From positions 4,226 to 68,225 of the forward strand of contig JBFYKH010000027.1 of the NCBI GenBank assembly GCA_041306075.1: a DNA stretch of 64,000 nucleotides, given 5' to 3'. This DNA is from Candidatus Altiarchaeota archaeon (GTDB lineage: Archaea; Altiarchaeota; Altiarchaeia; IMC4; SCGC-AAA252-I15). Shown in pieces: positions 44,990-53,686 of this stretch (its first letter is position 1; each line of letters starts with the position of its first letter). The notes beneath the pieces were generated by a model, which was given only the letters and a program-made list of their open reading frames with translations, did not search any database and was not told the origin of the DNA. The translations under genes were made by a program, and so were the position numbers.

Positions 44990-45988
44990 ATGATAACGGT
45001 TGACGGCTCCCTCGGGGAGGGCGGAGGCCAGGTCCTGAGGACGGCAGTCGCCTTGAGCGCGGTCTCAGGCGAGCCGGTAAGGGTGTCCGGGATACGCAGA
45101 GGCAGGAGCAACCCGGGCCTCCGGCCCCAGCACCTGAAGGCGGTGGAAGGCGTCGGCCTCCTGTGCGACGCCTCTGTGGAGGGGTTGAGTGCCGGCTCCA
45201 CGGAGGTCGCGTTCGCCCCGGGGGGAATCAGGGGCGGCGCCTTGAGCTTGGACGTCGGCACCGCGGGGTCGGCGACGCTTGTTTTGCAGGCTCTCCTGCC
45301 GGTGGCCCTGTCCGCGCCGGCCGGCGTGGAGCTGACCGTCCGCGGAGGCACGGACGTCAGCGCGAGCCCGACAGCGGACTACTTCAGAAACGTGTTCCTC
45401 GGGAACCTCAGGTCCATGGGATGCGAAATCGAGGCCGAAACCGCATTGAGGGGATTCTACCCGAGGGGCGGCGGGGAGATACGGGTCAGCGTGAAGCCGT
45501 GGAAGAGGGGGAGGAGGGAGTTCCCGGAAAGGGGAGACATAGGGTCCATACGAATCCACAGCATCGCATCAGAGCACCTTAGACTGCAGGAGGTCGCGGA
45601 GAGGCAGGTCAAAGGCTTCCTGAAGGCCGTGTCCCCGCTCCACAGGGTGGACGCCCCCGAACCAGCCTACGTCAAGTCCGAGAGCGTCGGCTCCGCAGTG
45701 ACGGCAGAGGCGCGGTGCGGGGGGACTGTCGTCGGAGCCTGCGTCCTCGGGGAACGCGGACTCAAATCAGAGATGGTCGGGAGGATGGCTGGCGAAAGTC
45801 TGCTCGCCGAGCTCGCCCACGGAGCCCCGATAGACTCCCACATGACAGACCAGATAATCCCGTACCTCGCCATCGCCGGCGGCCGGGTGAGGGCGCCGCC
45901 CTTCACCGGACACGCGAAGACGTGCATCGAAGTCGCCAGGATGTTCGGCTTCGACGTCAGGTTCGAGGAGGGGTTGCTGACGGCCTGA
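44990..45988 (+). CDS. rtcA: RNA 3'-terminal phosphate cyclase
   Basis: MITVDGSLGEGGGQVLRTAVALSAVSGEPVRVSGIRRGRSNPGLRPQHL (RtcA signature); start chosen at the second Met to give the canonical length (333 aa). Confidence 0.8.
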   Translation: MITVDGSLGEGGGQVLRTAVALSAVSGEPVRVSGIRRGRSNPGLRPQHLKAVEGVGLLCDASVEGLSAGSTEVAFAPGGIRGGALSLDVGTAGSATLVLQALLPVALSAPAGVELTVRGGTDVSASPTADYFRNVFLGNLRSMGCEIEAETALRGFYPRGGGEIRVSVKPWKRGRREFPERGDIGSIRIHSIASEHLRLQEVAERQVKGFLKAVSPLHRVDAPEPAYVKSESVGSAVTAEARCGGTVVGACVLGERGLKSEMVGRMAGESLLAELAHGAPIDSHMTDQIIPYLAIAGGRVRAPPFTGHAKTCIEVARMFGFDVRFEEGLLTA

Positions 45989-45994
45989 ACCCGA

Positions 45995-46693
45995 CTATGC
46001 CTTAAACCTCTTCAGCGGAGGTACGGACTCCTGCCGCACATCCTCCCGCCCGGGCATGAGCCCGTTCACGTAGAGCAGCATGGAGGACAGGAAATCCCTG
46101 GACCCGGCCATCCTGTGCCGCTCGATATCGTCCCTGAACAGTATGAGGTCCTCGGCCGTCGGCTTAGCCTCCAATCCGAGCCCCTTCAGGTGGTACATGG
46201 CCCTGGCGAGCATCATCCCGTTGCCGTCGGCTCTTGCATGGCCCACCACCTCCGGGAAGACCCTCCTCGTCTCATCGTCCAATGCTACCGGCTGGCCTAA
46301 TGCCGCCATCTGGTGGTATCTGACGATGGCCTGGAAGCCGTCCGGGTCGCTGAACACATGCCTCCTCATCGCCTCGGCGTCTTCTTCGGGTATCTTCTGG
46401 GGCCTGCCCATCTCCTCCAGGCAGTAGTACTTCGTCAGGAGCCCAACCGGATTTTGGCCCCGCCGGTCCCCGGGGATTGACGCGACGACAGTCTTGACGT
46501 GCCTCTCATCGTATTGGAGGCCGAGCGCGTGCAGGCTGTGGAGCAGCCTCGCCAGGGTATGTGAGTCGGCCTCGTCCAAGCCCCTGGATAATAGCTCAGC
46601 GTCCTTCTCGGTGGGCCTCATCCAGTCGTACTCCAGCCGTTTCGGTGCAGACAGAAGCGGCGGCTCCTTGAAGCCTGTGATTCTGACCTTCAT
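45995..46693 (-). CDS. RP family member 5 (second gene of 2-gene array)
   Basis: MKVRITGFKEPPLLSAP ... MLARAMYHLKGLGLEAKPTAED ... VPPLKRFKA; ATGA overlap with member 6. Confidence 0.55.
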   Translation of the reverse strand: MKVRITGFKEPPLLSAPKRLEYDWMRPTEKDAELLSRGLDEADSHTLARLLHSLHALGLQYDERHVKTVVASIPGDRRGQNPVGLLTKYYCLEEMGRPQKIPEEDAEAMRRHVFSDPDGFQAIVRYHQMAALGQPVALDDETRRVFPEVVGHARADGNGMMLARAMYHLKGLGLEAKPTAEDLILFRDDIERHRMAGSRDFLSSMLLYVNGLMPGREDVRQESVPPLKRFKA

Positions 46694-47400
46694 CCCCGGT
46701 ACCTCTTCAGGGGCGGAAGAGGAGGCGCCTTTCCCGCATCCTGAGCGGGCTTCAGGATGTTCGCGAGGTGGTTGTGGATTTGCGCGACTTTATCCCAGTC
46801 GTCGTCCAAGCGGAGGCTTTCAAGGGTCCTTCTCATCAAATCCATGTCCTCCCGCAGAAACGGCTCCGGCGAGCCCGCCTCCCTCAGGCTGTGGTGGAGT
46901 ATCGCCAGTTCCAAGCCGCTATCCGACGCCCTGGACTTCGCAAGTTCCCGCCTCATCGCCGCTACGTCCTGCGGGCGCGGAGCGTACGGCAGAGCGACTT
47001 CCCTGGCCAGAAGGTACATCTGCGCCATGGCGACCGGAGTCTGCGAGGATATCCCGTCGAACAGCGCCTTAAGACGAGCGTCTTGCGACGGCGTCCTCCT
47101 CGCTCCGAGGCCGACCCGGGCGGCGATGCCGGATAATATCAGGAGCGCCTCGCCCTCGCGGGTGGACTTCGCCAGGCGTCTTATCTTCGACTCCTCGTCG
47201 GCCGTCGGTTGACACGGCAGGCCCATGCACTTCAGCGTGTAGAGTGCGGCCGCTTGTGTGAGCACGTCGTCCCCGCCCCGGGCCCGCCTCAGGGACTCCT
47301 CTATCTCGGGCATGTCCCCGGAGGGTATGCGGTAGCCTCCCCTCTCGGGCGGCGGCTCCAGGAGCGGCTGCCCGCGGACGTCCCTGATTTTCACCGGCAT
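46690..47400 (-). CDS. RP family member 6 (first gene of 2-gene array)
   Basis: MPVKIRDVRGQPLLEPPP ... LELAILHHSLREAGSPEPFLRED ... PPLPPLKRYRG. Confidence 0.6.
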   Translation of the reverse strand: MPVKIRDVRGQPLLEPPPERGGYRIPSGDMPEIEESLRRARGGDDVLTQAAALYTLKCMGLPCQPTADEESKIRRLAKSTREGEALLILSGIAARVGLGARRTPSQDARLKALFDGISSQTPVAMAQMYLLAREVALPYAPRPQDVAAMRRELAKSRASDSGLELAILHHSLREAGSPEPFLREDMDLMRRTLESLRLDDDWDKVAQIHNHLANILKPAQDAGKAPPLPPLKRYRG

Positions 47401-47472
47401 CGTACCACATAAACTATCCGGAGCCCGCGGATTATAAGCGATATTTAACGCGAAACAGGGATTATCTTACCT

Positions 47473-48366
47473 ATGGACGACAAGGAGCTCGAATCCTACA
47501 GAAAGGCCGGGAAAATCGCGAAGGAGACCCTGGAGTGGGCCTCCAAGCTCGTGAAGCCCGGGGTGAAGCTCCTTGAAGTCTGCGAGAGGATAGAGGGCAG
47601 GCTCGAGAGGGAGAAGGCGGGCAGCGCCTTCCCGGTCAACATATCCCTGAACGACGCCGCAGCCCATTACACGCCAAGGAGCAGGGACGAGGCCGTGTTC
47701 GGCGCCGAGGACGTGGTGAAGCTTGACATAGGAGTCCACGTGGACGGCTACATAGCGGACACCGCGACGACCATCGACCTGTCAGGGAAGCATACGGGCA
47801 TGCTGGAGGCGAACCGGAGGGCCCTGGACGAGGCGATAGCCATCGCCAGGCCGGGCGTCTCAGTCAGTTCCATAGGCGAGACTATACAGGCCGTCCTCCT
47901 GGAGGCCGGATACAGGCCGATAGAGAACCTCACAGGCCACGAGCTGAAGCAGTACGACCTCCACGCCGGGCTCTCGGTGCCGAACATCAAGGTCCCGTAC
48001 GACTGGAGGCTCAGGGAGGGGATGGTCCTCGCCTTCGAGCCCTTCGCCACCGACGGCGCCGGCCACGTAATAGAGTCCCGCGGAGCCGAGATATACTCGC
48101 TGCTGTCCGAGAGGCCGGTGAGGATGAGGGAGGCCAGGATGCTCCTGGAACTCGTAGGCGACAGGGGGGAGATGCCCTTCGCGGTCAGGTGGTACGCGGA
48201 CAAGATTCCGCCCCTGAAGATAGGGCTCGTCCTCAACCAGCTGACGCAGCAGGGGATACTCAAGGCGTACCCGCCGCTCCACGACAAAGGCAAGGGCACG
48301 GTCAGCCAGTTCGAGCACACGCTGATAATCACGAAAGACGGCTGCGAAGTGACGACCGGCTCATGA
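47473..48366 (+). CDS. map: methionine aminopeptidase, type 2 (archaeal)
   Basis: MDDKELESYRKAGKIAKE...DIGVHVDGYIADTA...HGIG-like; 297 aa typical of archaeal MetAP2; TATA gattataagcg upstream. Confidence 0.85.
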   Translation: MDDKELESYRKAGKIAKETLEWASKLVKPGVKLLEVCERIEGRLEREKAGSAFPVNISLNDAAAHYTPRSRDEAVFGAEDVVKLDIGVHVDGYIADTATTIDLSGKHTGMLEANRRALDEAIAIARPGVSVSSIGETIQAVLLEAGYRPIENLTGHELKQYDLHAGLSVPNIKVPYDWRLREGMVLAFEPFATDGAGHVIESRGAEIYSLLSERPVRMREARMLLELVGDRGEMPFAVRWYADKIPPLKIGLVLNQLTQQGILKAYPPLHDKGKGTVSQFEHTLIITKDGCEVTTGS

Positions 48367-49220
48367 AAGGGGAACACGACGAGGCCAAGCGAATCCTAAA
48401 GTACGTCCTCGCCCTAAACATGGCGGTAGCGGCCGCGAAGGCCGCGTTCGGTCTGTGGGCCAACAGCCTGAGCATGGTCGCCGACGCCGCGCACTCGCTC
48501 TTCGACGCGGCTGCCAACGTCATAGGCCTTGCCGGGCTGAGGATGGCTGGCAAGCCGCCGGACCACGGGCACCCGTACGGCCACGGGAAATTCGAGTCTC
48601 TAGCCACCGCCGGCATAGCAGCCCTCTTATTCCTGACCGCGATGGGCATAGTCCACGGAGTCATCGAGCGGGCAGGGTCGCCGGCAAGCCCGAACATCAC
48701 CGCGGCTACGTTCATAGTCATGGCAGCCACCACAGCGTTGAACGTCATGGTCGCGGCCTACGAGGGCGGCAGGGGCCGCAAGCTCGGAAGCCAGATACTA
48801 GTCGCCGACTCGCAGCACACAAGAAGCGACGTCTACGCCTCCGCGGCCGTGATGACCGGGTTCGTCGCGGTGGGAGCGGGCTACCCGGTAGTAGACTCCG
48901 TGGTGGCCCTCCTCATAGCCGCCCTGATAGCGAAGACGGCCTACGGCATAATCAAGGACTGCTCCCTCGTGCTGTGCGACGCGTCGGCGCTGGACCAGAG
49001 GGCCGTGTGCAGGATAGTCGAGTCTGTGCCGGGGGTCCGCGGCTGCCACAGGATAAGGACGAGGGGGGCTGCGGGGAGGGTGTATGTGGACCTGCACGTC
49101 CAGGTGGCGGCGGACATGAGCGTCGAGCAGGCTCACGGCATCAGCGAGGACGTGGAGACGAGGCTGAAGCGCGAGTTCCGGGTGGTAGGCGACGTCGTAG
49201 TCCACATAGAGCCGGATTGA
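48363..49220 (+). CDS. cation diffusion facilitator (CDF) family metal efflux transporter
   Basis: ADAAHSLFDAAANVIGLAG...HPYGHGKFESLA... six TM plus a C-terminal cytoplasmic domain; ATGA overlap with map. Confidence 0.75.
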   Translation: MKGEHDEAKRILKYVLALNMAVAAAKAAFGLWANSLSMVADAAHSLFDAAANVIGLAGLRMAGKPPDHGHPYGHGKFESLATAGIAALLFLTAMGIVHGVIERAGSPASPNITAATFIVMAATTALNVMVAAYEGGRGRKLGSQILVADSQHTRSDVYASAAVMTGFVAVGAGYPVVDSVVALLIAALIAKTAYGIIKDCSLVLCDASALDQRAVCRIVESVPGVRGCHRIRTRGAAGRVYVDLHVQVAADMSVEQAHGISEDVETRLKREFRVVGDVVVHIEPD

Positions 49221-49229
49221 ATGGCCCGG

Positions 49230-50459
49230 CTACTTAGACGCTAATATCCTCTTAGCCTCGTCCACGCTCACCTTCCCTGAGGCGACCATCGCCTGCGCGA
49301 CCCGGTCCGCGTCAGCCCCCGAGGCGCCGGCGTTGACCGCGATGTTGCGGGCGTGAAGCCTCATGTGCCCCTTCTGTATCCCCTCGGCGGCGAGCGCCCT
49401 CAGGGCCGCGAGGTTCTGGGCGAGGCCGACGGCTGCGAGGACTTCCCCTAGCTCCCTCGCGGACTTGACGCCTAGTATCCTGACCGCGGCCTTCGCGGCG
49501 GGGTGCGTCTTCGTGGCGCCGCCGACGAGGCCGACGGCGACCGGAATCTCTATGGAGCCTTCGAGGTCGCCCGCCTGGTCCTTGGACCATGTCGTGAGCG
49601 ACGTGTACCTCCCGCCCCTTGAGGCGAAGCTGTGGCAGCCGGCCTCGACGGCCCGCGTGTCGTTGCCCGTCGCCAGGACGACGGCGGTGACGCCGTTCAT
49701 GATTCCCTTGTTGTGTGTGACAGCCCGGTACACGTCCGCCCTGGCGAGCCTGTACGCCTGGACTATCCTGTCGACGACCTCCGGGCCGCCTAGCGAGACT
49801 GCCGGCACCGTCACCGACGCCTTCGCGGTCCGAAGGAGCGCGTAGTTGGAGAGTATCTTGAGGATGACGCTGCCGCCCGAGAGCGCCTCTATCTTCGGCG
49901 CCAGGGCCTCGCACATGGTGTTCACCGCGTTCGCGCCCATCGCGTCGGCGACGTTCACCAGGATGTGGACGACCAGCATGTCCTCCACCTCCCTGACGTC
50001 GAGTCCGTCGACGCCGCCGCCGAACTTCACGAGCGTCGGGTCCAGGGACTCTGCGTACGCGACGAGCTCCGCCCGCTTCTCGAGTATCCTCTTCATCGCC
50101 CCCGGCTTCGGGTCCACGACCTGTATCTGGCCTATCATCACAGGCCTCGAGCTCTCCGCCTTGAAGCCTCCGCCCGCCGCCGCCATCTTCGCCGCGTTGC
50201 TCGCAGCCGCTATGACGGACGGCTCCTCCGTCGCCATCGGGACGAGGTACTCCCGCCCGTTGATTCGGAAGTTGACGGCGATGCCGAGCGGCACCTGGAA
50301 GGCGCCGACCACGTTCTCAACCATCTTGTCGGCGGCCTCGAGGGTGAGCGAACCCCGGAGTGCATTCACCTCGTCGTCGGTGAGCTGGCACTCCGCCCTG
50401 ACCTTCTCCATCCTCTCCGCCACAGGCAGCTTATAGAATCCGGAAAGCCTCGAACCCAT
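49230..50459 (-). CDS. hmgA: hydroxymethylglutaryl-CoA reductase (NADPH), class I
   Basis: EPSVIAAASNAAKMA, DAMGANAVNTMCEALAP, GTVGG-like motifs; 409 aa. Confidence 0.85.
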   Translation of the reverse strand: MGSRLSGFYKLPVAERMEKVRAECQLTDDEVNALRGSLTLEAADKMVENVVGAFQVPLGIAVNFRINGREYLVPMATEEPSVIAAASNAAKMAAAGGGFKAESSRPVMIGQIQVVDPKPGAMKRILEKRAELVAYAESLDPTLVKFGGGVDGLDVREVEDMLVVHILVNVADAMGANAVNTMCEALAPKIEALSGGSVILKILSNYALLRTAKASVTVPAVSLGGPEVVDRIVQAYRLARADVYRAVTHNKGIMNGVTAVVLATGNDTRAVEAGCHSFASRGGRYTSLTTWSKDQAGDLEGSIEIPVAVGLVGGATKTHPAAKAAVRILGVKSARELGEVLAAVGLAQNLAALRALAAEGIQKGHMRLHARNIAVNAGASGADADRVAQAMVASGKVSVDEAKRILASK

Positions 50460-50489
50460 ACCCTTTAATATGACCGACGGGGGTAATAT

Positions 50490-51254
50490 ATGCTCATGCC
50501 CCGGGACAGGCTCGCCGCGTATTTCAGGCGTAAAAGACGCGTCCTAGTGGCCTATTCCGGGGGTGTCGACTCCGGAGTCCTCCTTAGGGGGGCCCGTGAC
50601 GCCGTCGGCGACGGCGTCCTGGCGGTCACCTTCGACACCCCGACGACGCCCGCCCACGACCTCAGGTCCGCAGCCGAGACCGCGAGGAAACTCGGGGTGA
50701 GGCATCTCGTCGCCGGCTACGACGAGCTGTCGGACGCGAGGTTCATGGGGAACCCCGCAGACCGGTGCTACTGGTGCAAGAGGATGATGGCCGGCAGGCT
50801 CATGGGCATAGCCAGGGAGCATGGGATAAGGTGCGTGGTCGAGGGGACGAACGCCGAGGACCTGGAAGGCCACCGGCCCGGATACAAGGCCCTCAGGGAG
50901 GCGGGGGTGAAGAGCCCGCTCGCTGAACTCGGCCTCATGAAGGCGGATGTGAGAGCCCTCGCGAAGGAATACGGGCTCGACTGGAGGAGGCCTTCGAGCG
51001 CATGCCTGGCCTCGAGGATACGCACGGGCGTCGGAATCAGGAAGGAGACGCTGTCCGCCGTGGACGAGTCCGAGGACTACCTCAGGTCGCTCGGGCTCAC
51101 GCAGGTGAGGGTGAGGATAGACTCTGAGGAGGGCGATGTCGCGAGGATAGAGGCGGAACCCGGAGAGTTCGGCATAATCATCAGGAACGCCGAAGCCATA
51201 ACGAAGAAACTGCCGTTCAGGCGCGTCAGCCTCGACCTCAGAGGCTACTCGTAG
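50490..51254 (+). CDS. PP-loop ATP pyrophosphatase, LarE/TIGR00268 family (sacrificial sulfur-transferase-like)
   Basis: VLVAYSGGVDSGVLL (SGGxDS) and CLASRIRTG Cys motif. Confidence 0.6.
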   Translation: MLMPRDRLAAYFRRKRRVLVAYSGGVDSGVLLRGARDAVGDGVLAVTFDTPTTPAHDLRSAAETARKLGVRHLVAGYDELSDARFMGNPADRCYWCKRMMAGRLMGIAREHGIRCVVEGTNAEDLEGHRPGYKALREAGVKSPLAELGLMKADVRALAKEYGLDWRRPSSACLASRIRTGVGIRKETLSAVDESEDYLRSLGLTQVRVRIDSEEGDVARIEAEPGEFGIIIRNAEAITKKLPFRRVSLDLRGYS

Positions 51255-51583
51255 ACCGGCTCGTACGCCTCGTAGTCGTCTATGCCGTAGTCGTCGCCGC
51301 GGTAGTCCGGCAGCTCGACCTCCTGGTTGACGGAGGGTATGCCCTTCTTCTTGCCCCACGTGCACGCCGCGTTCAGGTAGTAGTCGCAGTAGTCGCAGCA
51401 CTCATCCTTGTCGTCGCAGTGCTCGAAGTCCGGGCAGTGGCTGCAGCAGCGCACCGCCTTGCCCGCGGCCTTCGGGCGGGCCTTCTTCGCCGCCTTCACG
51501 GCGGGCTTCTTCAGTGTCTTCTTCGCTGCCTGCCCCTTCTTGGCGGGCTTGACTGTCTTCTTTTTTGTCGCCATCCAAACCAC
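51245..51583 (-). CDS. small Lys-rich / Cys-rich protein of unknown function
   Basis: MATKKKTVKPAKKGQAAKKTLKKPAVKAAKKARPKAAGKAVR followed by CCSHCPDFEHCDDKDECCDYCDYYLNAAC (8 Cys in 30 aa) and an acidic tail. Confidence 0.4.
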   Translation of the reverse strand: MVWMATKKKTVKPAKKGQAAKKTLKKPAVKAAKKARPKAAGKAVRCCSHCPDFEHCDDKDECCDYCDYYLNAACTWGKKKGIPSVNQEVELPDYRGDDYGIDDYEAYEPVYE

Positions 51584-51647
51584 GGAACTGAACGCCTATA
51601 CTTTATGCCGTACTCCTATAAAAGCCGCTCCTCCGTATAGTCAAGAT

Positions 51648-52058
51648 ATGATTGAATGGTTCGTCCTCGGCATAGCCGCGTCGGCCGTGCTCGTCACCTT
51701 CGGGAGCCTGCCCGTGGTCCTGAAGGGCGTGGCGCTCGCGAGGAGGAGGGACCGGTTCAAATGCACCCTCTGCGGCAACTGCTGCAGGTTCAGGACGACG
51801 CCGCTCACCCGGGAGGACATTAAGAGGCTTGAGGCGGCTGGATACAGGGACTTCGCCGACACCTCCCAGGAGCCGAAGATGAGGAGGAACAACGGGAAGT
51901 GCGTGTTCCTGAAGGACGACAAGTGCGCGGTCCACGAGCACAGGCCGGAAGTATGCAGGGAATTCCCCTTCTTCAGGGAGTACGGCGTCTCTTACGCGAG
52001 GCGGGCAACATACTGCCCCGCCCTGGAGGAGTTGGAGTATGCGCGCAAAAGGGGCTGA
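51648..52058 (+). CDS. YkgJ/UPF0153-family Fe-S (CxxCxxCC) protein
   Basis: KCTLCGNCCRF ... GKCVFLKDDKCAVHEHRPEVCREFPF; TATA cctataaaag 25 nt upstream (leaderless). Confidence 0.6.
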   Translation: MIEWFVLGIAASAVLVTFGSLPVVLKGVALARRRDRFKCTLCGNCCRFRTTPLTREDIKRLEAAGYRDFADTSQEPKMRRNNGKCVFLKDDKCAVHEHRPEVCREFPFFREYGVSYARRATYCPALEELEYARKRG

Positions 52059-52803
52059 CGAGCTCGCCTGGATGAGGGAACTCCTCTTTCCGCTAGACGA
52101 CATGCTGAAGCCTGTCATGGGAGTCCGCGACTGGGACGACGCCGCATGCCTGGAATTCAACGGCAGACTGGTCGTGTCCGCAGACGGCCCCTATGCGAAA
52201 CGGCTCGTCCTCAAGAGCGCCCTCATACACGCCGCCGGAGACGTCGTAGTCAAAGGCGCAAGGCCGCTCTTCGCCCTCGACACCATGATAGGCCCGGAAG
52301 AGGACGTCCGGGAGATGATTGAAGCGCTGAAAACGCAGGCCGAGGCGATGAGCATACCGTTGATTGGCGGCAACACGCTCTTCGACGACGTCGAGCCCCG
52401 CTCTAGCATAACCGTCGCCGGACGGCTGGAGTGCAAGGAGCCTGTAAGGGACAACGGTGCGAAGGAGGGGGATGCCATAGTCCTCGTCGGCGAACCCATA
52501 TGGGGGACGATGGACGAGAGGATGCCGAAGGCGAAGAAGCTCTTCACGACATGGCTTCAGGCCGTGAAGGAAACCGGCATCCACGCCGCCAAGGACGTCA
52601 CCAAAGGCGGCCTACGCGCTGTCGTCAGGGAGATGGAGTGGAAAAGCGGAAGAAAATTCAAACTAGACGAGAAACTACCCTACCCGAGCGGCCGCAACCT
52701 CGACAACTTCATCGCAACACTCACGGAAAACGAGTGCGTGAACCTCGAGAAAATCTGCGCCAAACACGGATGCAAACTCACGAGGATAGGGACGGTCGGA
52801 TAG
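52039..52803 (+). CDS. AIR-synthase-related (PurM-like superfamily) protein
   Basis: DWDDAACLEFNGRLVVSADGPY (PurM N-domain signature) ... IPLIGGNT ... ; 254 aa. Confidence 0.55.
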   Translation: MRAKGADELAWMRELLFPLDDMLKPVMGVRDWDDAACLEFNGRLVVSADGPYAKRLVLKSALIHAAGDVVVKGARPLFALDTMIGPEEDVREMIEALKTQAEAMSIPLIGGNTLFDDVEPRSSITVAGRLECKEPVRDNGAKEGDAIVLVGEPIWGTMDERMPKAKKLFTTWLQAVKETGIHAAKDVTKGGLRAVVREMEWKSGRKFKLDEKLPYPSGRNLDNFIATLTENECVNLEKICAKHGCKLTRIGTVG

Positions 52804-52844
52804 AGTCGGCCTACGGATATATACGCTGAGTACAATAGGGGTAT

Positions 52845-53504
52845 GTGCCAAACAGCCAAAAACTCAAGGTCTCTGAGGCCGCGCTCATCGCCTCCAACGC
52901 GATGGTGCTGCTTTACGCCCTGATATCCTATAGGGACCAGCTTTTCATCATCTACGCCTTCCTCGGGGAGAACGCCGTTATATGCGCCTTCGTTTTTTTG
53001 AAGTTGATGGTCGTGGCGTTCTACGGGGCCCGCGAGAGGGTAAGGGGGAAGGCCCGGTTGACGTTCAGCAACGAACTCTTCGGCCATATAGGATTCCCCT
53101 TAAGCTTCCTTATCACCAACGCAATCCTGGTGATGATTAGTTTCTGGGTTGTCAGTGGCATCCTCGCCCGCCGGAGCAGGGGCATGGAGTGGGCCATTTC
53201 GATAAACATACTCGACCTGATAGCCATTCCCATGCTGGTGTACACCGCAAGTCACCTCGTGTCCTTCGCCTCCAATTTCATAGGCCTGAGGGAGTACGGC
53301 AGAGAATATGGGAGGCCGGGTATGGTCCCGATAATTAAGTACCCGTTCATCAGGATGATTTCGTTCGCCTTCTTCGGAGTTGCGGCCGCGGCTATGTCCG
53401 GCCCGGCCTCGGTCTCAGCGGTCCTGCCCGCCGTAGCCCTCACGATAGCCAAGACGTCGACGGACCTGTACTACCACAGAAGGGAGCACGAGACGGGAAG
53501 CTGA
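52845..53504 (+). CDS. hypothetical polytopic membrane protein
   Basis: 219 aa, 5-6 hydrophobic helices; sits between the PurM-like gene and a duplicated PurM-like 3' fragment. Confidence 0.4.
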   Translation: MPNSQKLKVSEAALIASNAMVLLYALISYRDQLFIIYAFLGENAVICAFVFLKLMVVAFYGARERVRGKARLTFSNELFGHIGFPLSFLITNAILVMISFWVVSGILARRSRGMEWAISINILDLIAIPMLVYTASHLVSFASNFIGLREYGREYGRPGMVPIIKYPFIRMISFAFFGVAAAAMSGPASVSAVLPAVALTIAKTSTDLYYHRREHETGS

Positions 53505-53596
53505 TGGTCACACTCACAGGATACGAGTACGTCAACCTCGAAAGGATATGCGCGAAAACCGGATGCAGGCTCGCGAAGATAGGGACAGCAGAGTAA
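53504..53596 (+). pseudogene. orphan 3' fragment paralogous to the C-terminus of the PurM-like gene
   Basis: Encodes MVTLTGYEYVNLERICAKTGCRLAKIGTAE*; nucleotides 53518-53596 are ~75% identical to 52723-52803 (TENECVNLEKICAKHGCKLTRIGTVG*). Confidence 0.45.
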
Positions 53597-53686
53597 AAAA
53601 AACGGGCGATTCAAGCCACGCCTCCGACAAGCTTCTCCAGATAGGATAAATGCGATGTTATATTTCGTCGCGCGGATAGGTAGATT

